Under the pieces are notes generated by a model that was not told the origin of the DNA, made no database searches, and was given only the letters and a program-made list of their open reading frames with translations. Below, one piece after another: positions 10,383 to 20,600 of a DNA stretch of 64,000 bases; within the stretch, counting starts at the first letter, position 1; every line of letters begins with the position of its first letter. Position numbers and translations under genes: made by a program. This DNA is from Halobacteriovoraceae bacterium. GTDB lineage: Bacteria > Bdellovibrionota > Bacteriovoracia > Bacteriovoracales > Bacteriovoracaceae. The stretch lies in NCBI GenBank assembly GCA_963719505.1, contig CAVRCF010000002.1:1-64000 (forward strand). The letters are read 5' to 3'.

Positions 10383-12389
10383 ATGGCAAAAGCGAATTTC
10401 AATTTAGTCTCCAAATTTAAACCTACAGGTGATCAACCTCAGGCCATTAAGAGTCTGACCAAGGGGTTGAAAAATGGACAAAAGCATCAAACACTTCTGG
10501 GAGTTACTGGTTCGGGAAAAACGTTCACTATGGCCAATATCATCCAAAATATTGGAAAGAAAACTTTAATACTTGCCCATAATAAAACTCTTGCCGCTCA
10601 GCTGTTTGCTGAGTTTAAGGAATTTTTTCCCGATAACGCTGTCGAGTACTTTGTCTCTTATTACGATTACTACCAACCGGAAGCTTACGTTCCAGGTTCA
10701 GACACCTATATAGAGAAGGACTCTAGTGTTAACGATGAAATTGATAAGCTTAGACATTCAGCCACAAGAAGTCTTTTAGAGCGAGAAGATGTTATCGTCA
10801 TCTCAAGTGTCAGCTGTATTTATGGTATAGGATCCCCTGAGGAATACGGTGGTCAAAGACTTAAACTATTTGTCGGAGATACAAAAGATCGAGACGAATT
10901 TTTAAGAGAGCTTGTTGCCGTTCAATATCAAAGAAATGACATTGATTTCTCAAGGGGAACTTTTAGGGTCCGCGGTGACTCCGTAGAAGTTTATCCAGCT
11001 TATGAAGATGCAAATGTTATTAGAATCGAATTCTTTGACGATGAGATCGACGGAATCTATAAAGTCGATCCTCTCAGAGGACAAATTCTTGCGAAGCTCT
11101 CAAGCACCACAATCTTTCCGTCAAGTCACTACGTTGTCGGAGAGGAGAAGCTAAAGACGGCTCTTGGAACGATTCAAACTGAACTTCGAGAAACACTTAT
11201 TGATCTCACTGAAAAAAATAAGCTTGTCGAAAAACAGCGCCTTGAACAACGAACAATGTTAGACCTAGAAATGCTCGAAGAGATGGGCTTTTGTTCGGGA
11301 ATTGAAAACTACTCCCGACATCTCACTGGAGCTTCACCTGGTGAGGCACCCCCAACCCTAATTGACTATTTCGAAAAAGACTTCCTCATGATTATTGATG
11401 AGTCTCACGTTACTGTCTCTCAGGTTGGAGGAATGTACAAAGGTGATAGGTCGAGAAAACAAAATCTTGTGGATTACGGATTTAGGCTTCCTTCAGCTTT
11501 GGATAATAGACCTTTAAAATTCGATGAGTTTGAAAAAAGACTTGATCAGATCCTCTACGTCAGTGCAACTCCAGCGAATTATGAGTTGGAAAAATGTATG
11601 GGAGAATATACCGAACAGATTATTAGACCAACGGGACTTCTAGATCCTATTATTGAAGTTAAAGATGCCTCCTCTCAAGTCGATGATATGTTGATCGAGG
11701 CAAAAGCAACCATCAAAAAAGGCGATAGAGTTCTCATCACGACGCTGACTAAAAAGTTATCAGAGGAACTTACGACTTTTTATAAAAGTGCTGGGATGCG
11801 AATAAAGTATCTCCACTCCGATATTGATACTATTGAGAGAATGGAGATTCTCAAAGAACTGCGAGAGGGCGGATTTGATATTCTCGTTGGGATAAATCTT
11901 TTAAGAGAAGGACTCGACCTTCCAGAAGTAAGTCTTGTTGGAATTATGGACGCCGATAAGGAAGGCTTTCTTAGATCAACGCGATCATTAGTTCAAACCA
12001 TTGGACGAGCCGCCCGAAACTCAGAAGGGAGAGTTATTCTCTATGGCTATAAGATCACAAAGAGTATGAAAGAGGCGATAGATACAACAGCAGAAAGAAG
12101 AACTAAACAAATCGAGTACAACGAAAAGCATGGCATCACACCCACAACGATAAATAAGAGTATCTCTGGCGGAGTTATTGATATGCTTCGCAAAAACAAA
12201 ACAAAATCGTCAACTACTGGCAGAGAAGTTCGAGAAATTCTTGATGAGATGACCCCGCAAGCAATAGATGCTAAGATAGAAGATCTTAAGAGAAGTATGC
12301 GAGAAGCTTCTAAGAATCTTGAATTTGAAGTGGCTGCTCAGATGCGAGATGAGATAAAAGAATTATCAAAAATGAGATTAATGCTATGA
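10383..12389 (+). CDS. uvrB: Excinuclease ABC subunit B
   Basis: [56 protein letters not shown]-terminal UVR coiled coil; likely start ATG 10383. Confidence 0.97.
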   Translation: MAKANFNLVSKFKPTGDQPQAIKSLTKGLKNGQKHQTLLGVTGSGKTFTMANIIQNIGKKTLILAHNKTLAAQLFAEFKEFFPDNAVEYFVSYYDYYQPEAYVPGSDTYIEKDSSVNDEIDKLRHSATRSLLEREDVIVISSVSCIYGIGSPEEYGGQRLKLFVGDTKDRDEFLRELVAVQYQRNDIDFSRGTFRVRGDSVEVYPAYEDANVIRIEFFDDEIDGIYKVDPLRGQILAKLSSTTIFPSSHYVVGEEKLKTALGTIQTELRETLIDLTEKNKLVEKQRLEQRTMLDLEMLEEMGFCSGIENYSRHLTGASPGEAPPTLIDYFEKDFLMIIDESHVTVSQVGGMYKGDRSRKQNLVDYGFRLPSALDNRPLKFDEFEKRLDQILYVSATPANYELEKCMGEYTEQIIRPTGLLDPIIEVKDASSQVDDMLIEAKATIKKGDRVLITTLTKKLSEELTTFYKSAGMRIKYLHSDIDTIERMEILKELREGGFDILVGINLLREGLDLPEVSLVGIMDADKEGFLRSTRSLVQTIGRAARNSEGRVILYGYKITKSMKEAIDTTAERRTKQIEYNEKHGITPTTINKSISGGVIDMLRKNKTKSSTTGREVREILDEMTPQAIDAKIEDLKRSMREASKNLEFEVAAQMRDEIKELSKMRLML

Positions 12390-12724
12390 AAATTTTGTTA
12401 TTCATTTTAAGTTTTTATGCCTGTGCAGAAGAGTTTACAGAAGCATTTATTGTGACTGTGGAAGATCAGAAAGTTATGGTGACATCTCCTAAAGCTAAAT
12501 CTGATAATATATCTGTCATTGTAAAAAATAATACCTTTGAGGATATACGTTCAGAAATAGCCAGTGATAAGGGAGTTATCAAAAGATTTAACTTAAAGGC
12601 ACAGTCTTCTCGAAGTCTTCTTATTGATTACAAAGATATAAAAACGCTCTTTTACGTATCTGTAGCTCCACCTTTTCAAGCTGTGGAGTTAAAGTTTAGC
12701 CAAAAGCCTTATGAGATTCCTTAA
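12386..12724 (+). CDS. Small exported hypothetical protein, coupled to uvrB
   Basis: ATGA overlap with the uvrB stop; signal peptide; beta-rich. Confidence 0.7.
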   Translation: MKILLFILSFYACAEEFTEAFIVTVEDQKVMVTSPKAKSDNISVIVKNNTFEDIRSEIASDKGVIKRFNLKAQSSRSLLIDYKDIKTLFYVSVAPPFQAVELKFSQKPYEIP

Positions 12725-12780
12725 AACGATTGCTAAAATGAGTTTACAATTTTAATATGAGTAAAAAATAGGAATTACAT

Positions 12781-13320
12781 TTGAACTACTTGTCATTAAT
12801 TTTTTTAATCTTATCAACGAAGGCGTATACTGCAACACTAAATAGTGCAGTTTCTTTGGCTGCGAATGGCTATTCAGTGTCGAGCGGTGGCGCAAGCTTG
12901 ACCGGGGTAGGGATGGTTAGTGGCACATTGAAAAAACCACTTACGGAAAACCACTATTATGAGATAGGTGGAGATGCTATACTAGCTAGTGAGTCATCTA
13001 CCTCTTTGCTTTATGGCTTAAACTTGGGTTATACATATTGCTTGACTTTATGCAGCGATAAATCTTTTCAAATCTTAAATGATAAAATAGAAAGCTCACC
13101 GAAGAGGTATCAGTCCATAAGCTTTCTATACGTAACGAGAAAAGTTCTCATTAATGAAAGTGACGCTAGTTACACAGGCCCAGGATTGAGGTTGAGGCAT
13201 ATGGAACTATTTATGTCAGATTATAAGCTGATTTTTATTTATGGGGTCGACTTCATAGGTAGTCTCAATAGAGATATAATTTTTCATCAGTTAGGTTTAG
13301 GAATGGAGTTTAGAATATGA
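12781..13320 (+). CDS. Putative small outer-membrane beta-barrel protein
   Basis: Signal peptide; alternating hydrophobic/aromatic strands (YYEIGGD, LYGLNLGYTY, FIYGVDF); ends in LGLGMEFRI beta-signal-like strand. Confidence 0.55.
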   Translation: MNYLSLIFLILSTKAYTATLNSAVSLAANGYSVSSGGASLTGVGMVSGTLKKPLTENHYYEIGGDAILASESSTSLLYGLNLGYTYCLTLCSDKSFQILNDKIESSPKRYQSISFLYVTRKVLINESDASYTGPGLRLRHMELFMSDYKLIFIYGVDFIGSLNRDIIFHQLGLGMEFRI

Positions 13321-13907
13321 AATTTATATTTGTGTTAAGTTTTAGCCTCGTTGCGAATGGCTCGATAACTATAAATTCAAATGAAAATGGTGTCAAAGTC
13401 TCAGAAATTATTGGCGGAGCAAGTACCTTTCGATCCAATGTCCCTTATACAATTGAGGGTGACTTTGGTAAGCCTCGAAGGTTCATCCTTGAGAAAAATG
13501 ATTTTCAGTCCAGAGATATTTTATTCGTTAATGAATCAGTAAAAAAGCATAATACAAAAATTGTATTAAACATGGATCAATTATCTTTATGGTCTAGTCA
13601 ATACCAATCAAATATCATCTCTGAAAAAGTAGAAAAATATGCAATCACATTTTTGAAGTTTCAGTATTATGTTTCCCAAAAACTCATCAATGAAGCTGAA
13701 GAGGAGTTGAATAAACTGAAAAAGATGATTAGCTCATCAAGCTCAATTATTACAATTGCTGATGGCAGTCTGGCTTACTTAAAGGGCGAAAGATCAAAAG
13801 CTCACAGTCTCTTTAATTACGTCGTTAAGGACAAAACAAATGATCCGTTCGTTCTTAAGATGGCAAATGATCTATTAAGGTCATTAAAGTTAAAGGATGC
13901 TAAATGA
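13317..13907 (+). CDS. Exported protein with PEGA-like N-terminal domain and TPR-like C-terminal helices
   Basis: SITINSNENGVKV..VPYTI..FILEKNDF (PEGA-like); GSLAYLKGERSKAHSLF (TPR-like); ATGA-coupled to both neighbours. Confidence 0.5.
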   Translation: MKFIFVLSFSLVANGSITINSNENGVKVSEIIGGASTFRSNVPYTIEGDFGKPRRFILEKNDFQSRDILFVNESVKKHNTKIVLNMDQLSLWSSQYQSNIISEKVEKYAITFLKFQYYVSQKLINEAEEELNKLKKMISSSSSIITIADGSLAYLKGERSKAHSLFNYVVKDKTNDPFVLKMANDLLRSLKLKDAK

Positions 13908-14626
13908 ATTACCTTTTTTTTATATTAGTAGCTGTGGGTTCTGTCTATTACCTTTTTGCTGGAACAGGTATTGACCCTCAATCTTATATTAACTTTCCTG
14001 GCTTTTTAATCGTATTAAGTGGAACATTGTGTGCATTTCTTTTATCGAATAGCATGAATATTATAATAGACACTTTTAGAGAAGAGTTCATTAATAAGAA
14101 GAGAATCTCTAAATTAGATTTTTATCAAGATTTAAGAGAATTTGTTGAAGGTTTTTATAGAGGAGAGCTAAAGCCTTCAAAATATCATCTCACTTCAAAT
14201 GTTATAAAGTATAGAGGGATTGGTATCGATACAGACTCTCAACTGGATCTTATTCAAACTGAGATACAATCGAAGTATGAAAAAGCTATTCTGGTGTGTG
14301 AGAGAATAAAAAATCTTGGTAAATATCCTCCAGCATTTGGCATGGTTGGTACGGTATTTAGTATGGTGGGTGTATTTGGCTCTTTGGGGGGGGACTCTGA
14401 CCCCAATAGTTTGGGAATACACGTTGCGACAGCGATGCTATCAACCTTGTACGGTATACTTTTAGCAAATATAATAATTTTGCCTTTTGCAGAGAAAATA
14501 AAAAATCGAGCCACTGAATTACTGTTTTTGGATAATCTTTTTCTGCAGACATGTGATCTTCTCTTTTCAGATAAATCTAAAGCTCATGTTTTAGAAAGGT
14601 TAAATTTGTATGAAAAGGACAATTAG
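13904..14626 (+). CDS. motA: MotA/PomA-family ion-channel stator subunit
   Basis: 4 TM segments; INFPGFLIVLSGT, GKYPPAFGMVGTV, VATAMLSTLYGILLANIIILPFAEKIK. Confidence 0.85.
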   Translation: MNYLFFILVAVGSVYYLFAGTGIDPQSYINFPGFLIVLSGTLCAFLLSNSMNIIIDTFREEFINKKRISKLDFYQDLREFVEGFYRGELKPSKYHLTSNVIKYRGIGIDTDSQLDLIQTEIQSKYEKAILVCERIKNLGKYPPAFGMVGTVFSMVGVFGSLGGDSDPNSLGIHVATAMLSTLYGILLANIIILPFAEKIKNRATELLFLDNLFLQTCDLLFSDKSKAHVLERLNLYEKDN

Positions 14627-15206
14627 AAATTTTAGAGTGAGGCAGAGCAGCGAAGATCGAGATGATTGGATATTAAGTTTTGTAGATTTGTTGTCTCTTC
14701 TTTTGATTTACTTTATTGTAAGTATGACTTTTACCCCCCCTGAGAAAACAGTTGAAGATATTACAAATAGAGAACTCATGAGTGGTGTTATGAGTTCAAT
14801 TGGTTCTGAATTAGATGCCGAAATGAAAATAAGAGGTGACAAAGTTGTCGTGAAATTCCCAAATAAAAACTTCTTTGACTCAGGGGAATATTTGCTAAAT
14901 AAAGAGGGTGTTTTGCATTTAAAAAAATTTTATCAATCGCTTAAAAACTATTCTGATAAAATAAAAATTAAAATTTATGGACTCACAGACCCTCAAAAAG
15001 TTTCAAAAAGAACAAAACGTTTAGTTACAGGTAATTGGGAGTTGAGAGCTTTAAGAGCTATTTCAGCTATGAACCTTCTTATAGATGAAGGATTTGATAA
15101 AGATTTTGTTATTATTTCTAGTCGTTCTTCAAAAGAATCAACAGGGGAAGTTAAGCCTAATTATAAATTTATGAGAAAAGTAGAAATCGAAATTGAGCAG
15201 AGGTAA
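14610..15206 (+). CDS. motB: MotB-family stator subunit (TM helix with conserved Asp + OmpA-like PG-binding domain)
   Basis: WILSFVDLLSLLLIYFI; FFDSGEY, IYGLTD, NWELRALRA, RKVEIEI. Confidence 0.85.
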   Translation: MKRTIRNFRVRQSSEDRDDWILSFVDLLSLLLIYFIVSMTFTPPEKTVEDITNRELMSGVMSSIGSELDAEMKIRGDKVVVKFPNKNFFDSGEYLLNKEGVLHLKKFYQSLKNYSDKIKIKIYGLTDPQKVSKRTKRLVTGNWELRALRAISAMNLLIDEGFDKDFVIISSRSSKESTGEVKPNYKFMRKVEIEIEQR

Positions 15207-15260
15207 TACAAGTTTACACAGGCTTTAGAGTATTTTTACCCACCCTAAAACCTAATGATA

Positions 15261-15767
15261 TTAGTTATATTTGTTGTATAAGCGACAAGATTCAAGTTTG
15301 TAGGCTCTTTTATTTATCCAGCTTTCATTAATAACCTTCTCTGATATAAGGAGACCATCTTCTTGATCAAAGGAATCAAATCCATCTCGGTCAACATCGT
15401 CCATACTAATAAAAATTTCTCTTGTTTCATCGAAGACTAAGCTTAAGGAATTTCTATTCCTCATATGATTATAAAATCTATACTTATAGGTTAGTTTAGA
15501 TTCATTTAGCTGAGCTTCTATTTTTAGTTTTGCATCTGAGTGCCATACAGCAGGGCCAAAGTCAGGGAAAAAATATGTTTGCAGGTTATCTACAGATTTC
15601 TCAAACATTAATGTTCCATCTTTTTTAAAGCTGTTCATTCTTACTACCATAGTTGACTCATCCTCATTTTCAAGTGAATCAAACTCAATTCTGCATTCAA
15701 GAGTTAATGGGGTTGCAAAAATGTTCATGCTCGCAATAATTAGGATAATTGACGTAAATACTTTCAT
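15261..15767 (-). CDS. Secreted hypothetical protein
   Basis: SD GGAG; signal peptide ending IFA; two Cys. Confidence 0.7.
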   Translation of the reverse strand: MKVFTSIILIIASMNIFATPLTLECRIEFDSLENEDESTMVVRMNSFKKDGTLMFEKSVDNLQTYFFPDFGPAVWHSDAKLKIEAQLNESKLTYKYRFYNHMRNRNSLSLVFDETREIFISMDDVDRDGFDSFDQEDGLLISEKVINESWINKRAYKLESCRLYNKYN

Positions 15768-15991
15768 GTTATCTCCGGGTTAGTTATCTAGTAATACTAA
15801 AATATCTCGATTTCTAAAAATTATATATAAAATTGAACATATTACAGACTAAGCTTTATGAATTATAAAGCTATTTTTATTAAAAAATAGCTTATGTTGA
15901 ATGATTTTTGAGGACTTAGGTGGGGCAAAAACCTTATTAAATCAGTCTATTGGATTGACTAGGTCTCTTTATATCTAAAGTTATTTATAGC

Positions 15992-16018
15992 TAAAGTAAT
16001 TCTTCTTTTTAACGATAA
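15992..16018 (+). promoter_or_regulatory. Sigma28 (FliA)-like promoter
   Basis: TAAA-N15-AACGATAA versus consensus TAAA-N15-GCCGATAA. Confidence 0.65.
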
Positions 16019-16054
16019 GTTTAAAAACAGCTGCTAAATCAATGGAGGGATAGC

Positions 16055-17593
16055 TTGATTCGTTTAAATCTATACCTATTTTCTATCTTTATGGCCTTGG
16101 CGGCAATTTCTTCCTACGCAAACCCTATCGAAATCTCACAGGTTCAAGACTTTGAAAATGATCTTTCTCGATCTTTGACAAATTCGCTGATAAAACTTGG
16201 TGCTGAGATGGGAACTTTGACGAGGGTAAAATTCAGTGGGGTCGTTCTCAAAAAAGAAGAGTCAAATTTTTTGCCACTAGGACTTGGTAAAGTCTCACTT
16301 GGAGTATCGGAGAAATTTAAAATTCGCCGTATCGATATAAGAGTTTTTTCTAAAAAAGCTCTTTCCGAGGACATTCAGAGTAAAATTCGTAAATTTGTGA
16401 AGTCGGAAATTAATATTTCTGGAGCGCGCCTAAAAACAAGTTTTGAAGCGATCTCTCTAGCGGCTAAAGCTTTGCCTAGTGTTGTTGTGAAGACGCCTAA
16501 AGCTAGTGAACTTGAGAGTTTTCTAACGAAGTACGCAGTAGCTGCAGCGCTGATTTTTTCAGCACTGGTTCTGGGAATATTTTTTGTCATAGGTCTTCTT
16601 TTAGTGAGAAATAAAAAGAAAGAGGCAAGTACGTCTTATAGTCCTGAATCTCAAAACCATGACAAAATAAGCTCTCTTCCCCCTCAAATACCTAGAGGAC
16701 ACTATATTGATATTTTATCCAGAGATAATTTTTGGAATAAATTTTCGGAAAAATCCTTGTCTTTGGCGTTTAATGATTTGAGTGCAGATGATAAAAATAG
16801 CTCGGCACTCAATACCCTTATTGGTCAGTACTTGCCGGCAAATAAATACGAAGTGATACAGAATAAATTAAGGAGTATTAGTTCCAATGGGTTTGATTCT
16901 GAAGAAGAAGAGAAAGTTGCGGACCTTGCTAGATACTTAGTGCAAAAAGCTCATGAATACAATCGATTATCATTAAGCGCTCTCAGCTGGAGTATAGGTT
17001 ATTTGGGAGAAGAGGTGGTGCTTGAGATGCTTGAGCAATCAAAGTTTGATACGACATTTCTTATTTTGAGTTACTACCATGCTCCGCCGATGGTTAAGGA
17101 GAGGTTGCGAGAGATTTTACCGGAAGATATTCGTCACCAGGTTGTGAATTTTGATTTTTCTGATCTACACGGAGAGGTCGTAAAAACTCTTGAGGCAAGT
17201 ATGGTTAGATTTTTAGATAAAAAACTTGATGCTTCAGTGGATGTTAATTTTGAAGAGGCGTGTTTTGATTTGACCCGACCACAGAGCTTTGCAGAGGATG
17301 AGAGAAGTTATGTTGAGTTCGGAAATAAGTTTGATTCAGTTTTAGGTTATGTCGACTCTATAGAAAATCTTGGGATGAGTGCTAAGGATCTTTCTTTAGT
17401 TTTTTACGGTTACAGTGAAGATGTCCTTGAAAGAGTGCGAGGACAAGTCGGAAAACTGGAGCTTGAATGGTTTGATTCTTTTGTTGAAGAGCAAAGGAAG
17501 CTGAAGAGTCATTATAACGATAATAAATTGAGTGAGCTTCGAGAGCGAGTCCGTTTGAAGGCGGGAAGCTTCTCGCTTGGTAAAGTGGCATAA
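16055..17593 (+). CDS. Exported single-pass membrane protein with cytoplasmic FliG-M/FliG-C-like domains (copy 1)
   Basis: SD GGAGG + TTG; signal peptide; periplasmic domain; TM AVAAALIFSALVLGIFFVIGLLLV; EEVVLEMLEQSKFDTTFLILSY..ILPEDIRHQVV (FliG-M-like); SAKDLSLVFYGYSEDVLERVRGQV (FliG-C-like). Confidence 0.65.
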   Translation: MIRLNLYLFSIFMALAAISSYANPIEISQVQDFENDLSRSLTNSLIKLGAEMGTLTRVKFSGVVLKKEESNFLPLGLGKVSLGVSEKFKIRRIDIRVFSKKALSEDIQSKIRKFVKSEINISGARLKTSFEAISLAAKALPSVVVKTPKASELESFLTKYAVAAALIFSALVLGIFFVIGLLLVRNKKKEASTSYSPESQNHDKISSLPPQIPRGHYIDILSRDNFWNKFSEKSLSLAFNDLSADDKNSSALNTLIGQYLPANKYEVIQNKLRSISSNGFDSEEEEKVADLARYLVQKAHEYNRLSLSALSWSIGYLGEEVVLEMLEQSKFDTTFLILSYYHAPPMVKERLREILPEDIRHQVVNFDFSDLHGEVVKTLEASMVRFLDKKLDASVDVNFEEACFDLTRPQSFAEDERSYVEFGNKFDSVLGYVDSIENLGMSAKDLSLVFYGYSEDVLERVRGQVGKLELEWFDSFVEEQRKLKSHYNDNKLSELRERVRLKAGSFSLGKVA

Positions 17594-17625
17594 AAGCTTG
17601 GCGATATTTGAGAATCGTTTGATTA

Positions 17626-17648
17626 ATCTACTATAAGACATAGTAGAT
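17626..17648. promoter_or_regulatory. Perfect 9-bp inverted repeat between the FliG-like and adhesin genes (mRNA stem or operator); also at 31307-31329
   Basis: ATCTACTAT-AAGAC-ATAGTAGAT with no T tract. Confidence 0.4.
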
Positions 17649-17690
17649 GAGACAAGGTGTTAAAATATTTATGAGACAGAGGGGGAGAAA

Positions 17691-20600
17691 TTGAGTTCAT
17701 TTATATCTTTGATTTTAGTTTTCTTTTTAGGAATGTCTTGTATGAATAGCGAGGATGCGAAAGAGGTTTTCGGATCTAAAGAAGCGGTGGGAGACGGTGG
17801 AGAATCGAGCTCTCTTGGATTTTTGATCACGAGTATCTATCCTTCAAACGGAGGTTTGGGTGGAGGATATGTGGTTTATATAAACGGTTCAAAGTTTACG
17901 AGCGATACAACTTTTGCGTTGGGCGGAACACCTTGTCTGTCGACGCAGATCCTTTCTTCAACTTCAGCGACTTGCCTTGCGCCACCTAGTGGGGCTTCAG
18001 GTTTGGTAAGTGTTTCGGCGAGTAAGGTCGGGGATAGTTACTCCCAGGCAGGAGGTTTTAGATATGTGGGAGCGACAGTAATAACGAGTGTAAGTCCGGC
18101 GATAACACCTGGAACAATACCAACGAGGATAGTTTTAACGGGGACAAATTTTATAAGTGGAAGTTTGGTAAATATAAGTCATCCCAATCTTCCGAATTCG
18201 CCGTGTACATCAGTCAATGTGGTAAATTCCACGACACTGGAATGTTTTACACCAGTGCTTACACCTAACCAGACAGATACGATGAGCACATCAGGAGTGA
18301 TTCCAAGTATTGAAGTCGTGACGCCAGATGGAGGAACGTCTTCACTTTTGAACGCTTTAACTTTGACGCCAGCGCCTATTATTACGGGAATCAGTTTTGG
18401 AGGTTCGGGAGTGACAGCGCTTCCGGTGGATGGGGTTTTGAATAATGGGGTTTCAAACTTTACTTTAACCCTGACGGGGAAATATTTTGTCGCGGGCGTG
18501 AGTGTAAGGCTTGCTTCTTTAAATGTACCAAATTGTAGTTCTTTTAATTCTAATCAGATCAGGTGTACCACATTGCCTGCAATGAGTAGCGCTGGAGGAT
18601 TCAATTTTGTTATCACAAATCTTGATGGGCAAAGCTCTTCTTTTAATACAAATTTTGTTAATAAACCAATTTCAACGGGATTCTCGCCTACAAAAACAGT
18701 TTTTACCGGTGGAGATGTGACTATATCGGGATCGGGGCTAAGTGTTGTGTCCCCACCGACCATAAGCATTTTTAAAGACTCAGACAATAGTTATGTAGCT
18801 CCTTGTACTATTGTGAGCTCCTTGCCTGTTATTTGTCGGGCACCAGACTTGGGCGAAGCTATGGATGTATTCTTTAGAATCGTGAATGAATATGGTTACA
18901 GAGCTGATACAGGAGTTTATGATTTTAGTGGTAGTACAGCCCTTAAGTTAAGTGGTGATACTAACCTTGAAAGAGTTGCCATAGGTTCTACTTTTAATAA
19001 ATCATTTATTTTTGCTAATCCCTCTGGAACGGTTGATGCTGAAAATCTCGCCTTCGATTTTTCAGGTTTCTCTACACCAGCTTTTAGCTTTGTCTCTAAT
19101 GATTGTACATCGACTCTGAGTGCTGGAAACTTTTGTACTTTAACTTTGAGTTTTAGTCCTACGGCGCTTGATTTTTATGAGTCAGGAAATTTTACGGTCT
19201 CCTACGATAACGGAATAAGTAACGTTAGTACTACTTATTCACTTAAAGGTAGAGGGGTAAAATTAGAGCTTGGACCGCCAACTCTAAACTTTTCTGTGAT
19301 TCCTTTTGGAATGAATCACGCTGGGCGTGCACCAGGTTTTCTTCGAGCTATTGTCATTAACAATGACTCTAATGCCTCAGTTCAAATAGATTCAACAAAT
19401 TTATCTAACACTACTGACTTTAACTATTACGGTGGGAGTTATCCCGGCGTTTTTGCAACACCGTTTAGCCATCAGTGTCCAGCTTCAAATATTATTCCAG
19501 CGAACACTTATTGCGTTGTCGTGATTGAGTTTAAGCCTCAATCTACAGGAGCAAAAACAGCGAACTTTTCTTTGAATTATAACTCAGGGCACTCAACTAG
19601 GAATGTGGTACTTTCCGGTAGTGGTGGTGATCCATCAATTACAACTTGTAATCCTGCAGCGCTGCCTTACGGTGGGGGATCAGGTATAGATGCAGACCCT
19701 TGGCAAATTTGTAGTGAGGCCCAATTTTTAGCTGCGATATCAGAAACAAATGATCATGCGAATACCTCCGCTGGAGATGACGATTTTATTTTGATGGACG
19801 ATATTACTTTTAGTGCTGGAGTTAGTAATGATATAACGCTCTTTAATTCCGCTTTTAGCTTCGATGGAAATGGTTATAAACTAATTGATTACGCGTTGAT
19901 AGATCCAGGCCAGACAAATGTTTCTGTAATTGGTGGACCGAATCGTGGTGGAAGTAGTATTCGTAGAGTACAAGCTTTAAATATGCAACTGAGCGGACTT
20001 TCGGCTGCTCCACTTGGTACCAGTGGGTCTTATGATAGTTTTTTGCAGGGGCAAGTTCTGGCATCCGGTAGTGCAAGTGGAGCTGCAGTAAATTCGGCTG
20101 GATATCTGGGTTTAATGAATCTGCAATTTATTGGTGATATAACTTCGACTAGTTCTTTTGCCGTAGGAGCATTAGACTATAATCAGTCTGTGACAATGAA
20201 TGAAGGATTAATAGTTGCAAATATGACTGGCCAAACCGGAGTCAGTGGCGCTGTTAGAGAGGGACGTTCTGCTGTTGCAGATTATTATGTGTATGCAGAA
20301 TTAAATAGTCCTTCTGGCTCAGCTAATGGAATTGGTGGAGTAGGTACAATTAATTCCCATTTTTATGGAAAGATAGATGCGGCTGGTGAGCTTTCAGGTA
20401 TAAGTAGAGCTCAGGGCTTTTCTAATTGCTCTGCCCGAGGGGTATTTAGTAGTGTTAACGGTAGAGTCGGAGGACTTTCTAGTTTAATAATACCTGGTCA
20501 TTATATTCATAACTCTTACTCTACTGCAAAATTAAAATCAGCAAGTGTAGAAATTGGAGGACTAGTTGGACGTTTCGATGGTCTTGAACTTAAGAACTCC

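Larger units (their letters stand above)
15986..18472 (+). repeat. Direct repeat copy 1 (2,487 bp): sigma28-like promoter + FliG-like gene + first ~260 codons of the adhesin
   Basis: Near-identical to 29667-32153 (offset 13,681); starts TATAGCTAAAG, ends TACTTTAACCCT. Confidence 0.97.

Noticed and set aside
13904-15206. Zorya ZorAB, TolQR or ExbBD interpretation of the motor pair
   Set aside because: A subunit lacks the long ZorA tail and has 4-TM MotA motifs; B subunit has a MotB-type TM and OmpA-like domain rather than ExbD/TolR; no zorC/D/E or TonB nearby
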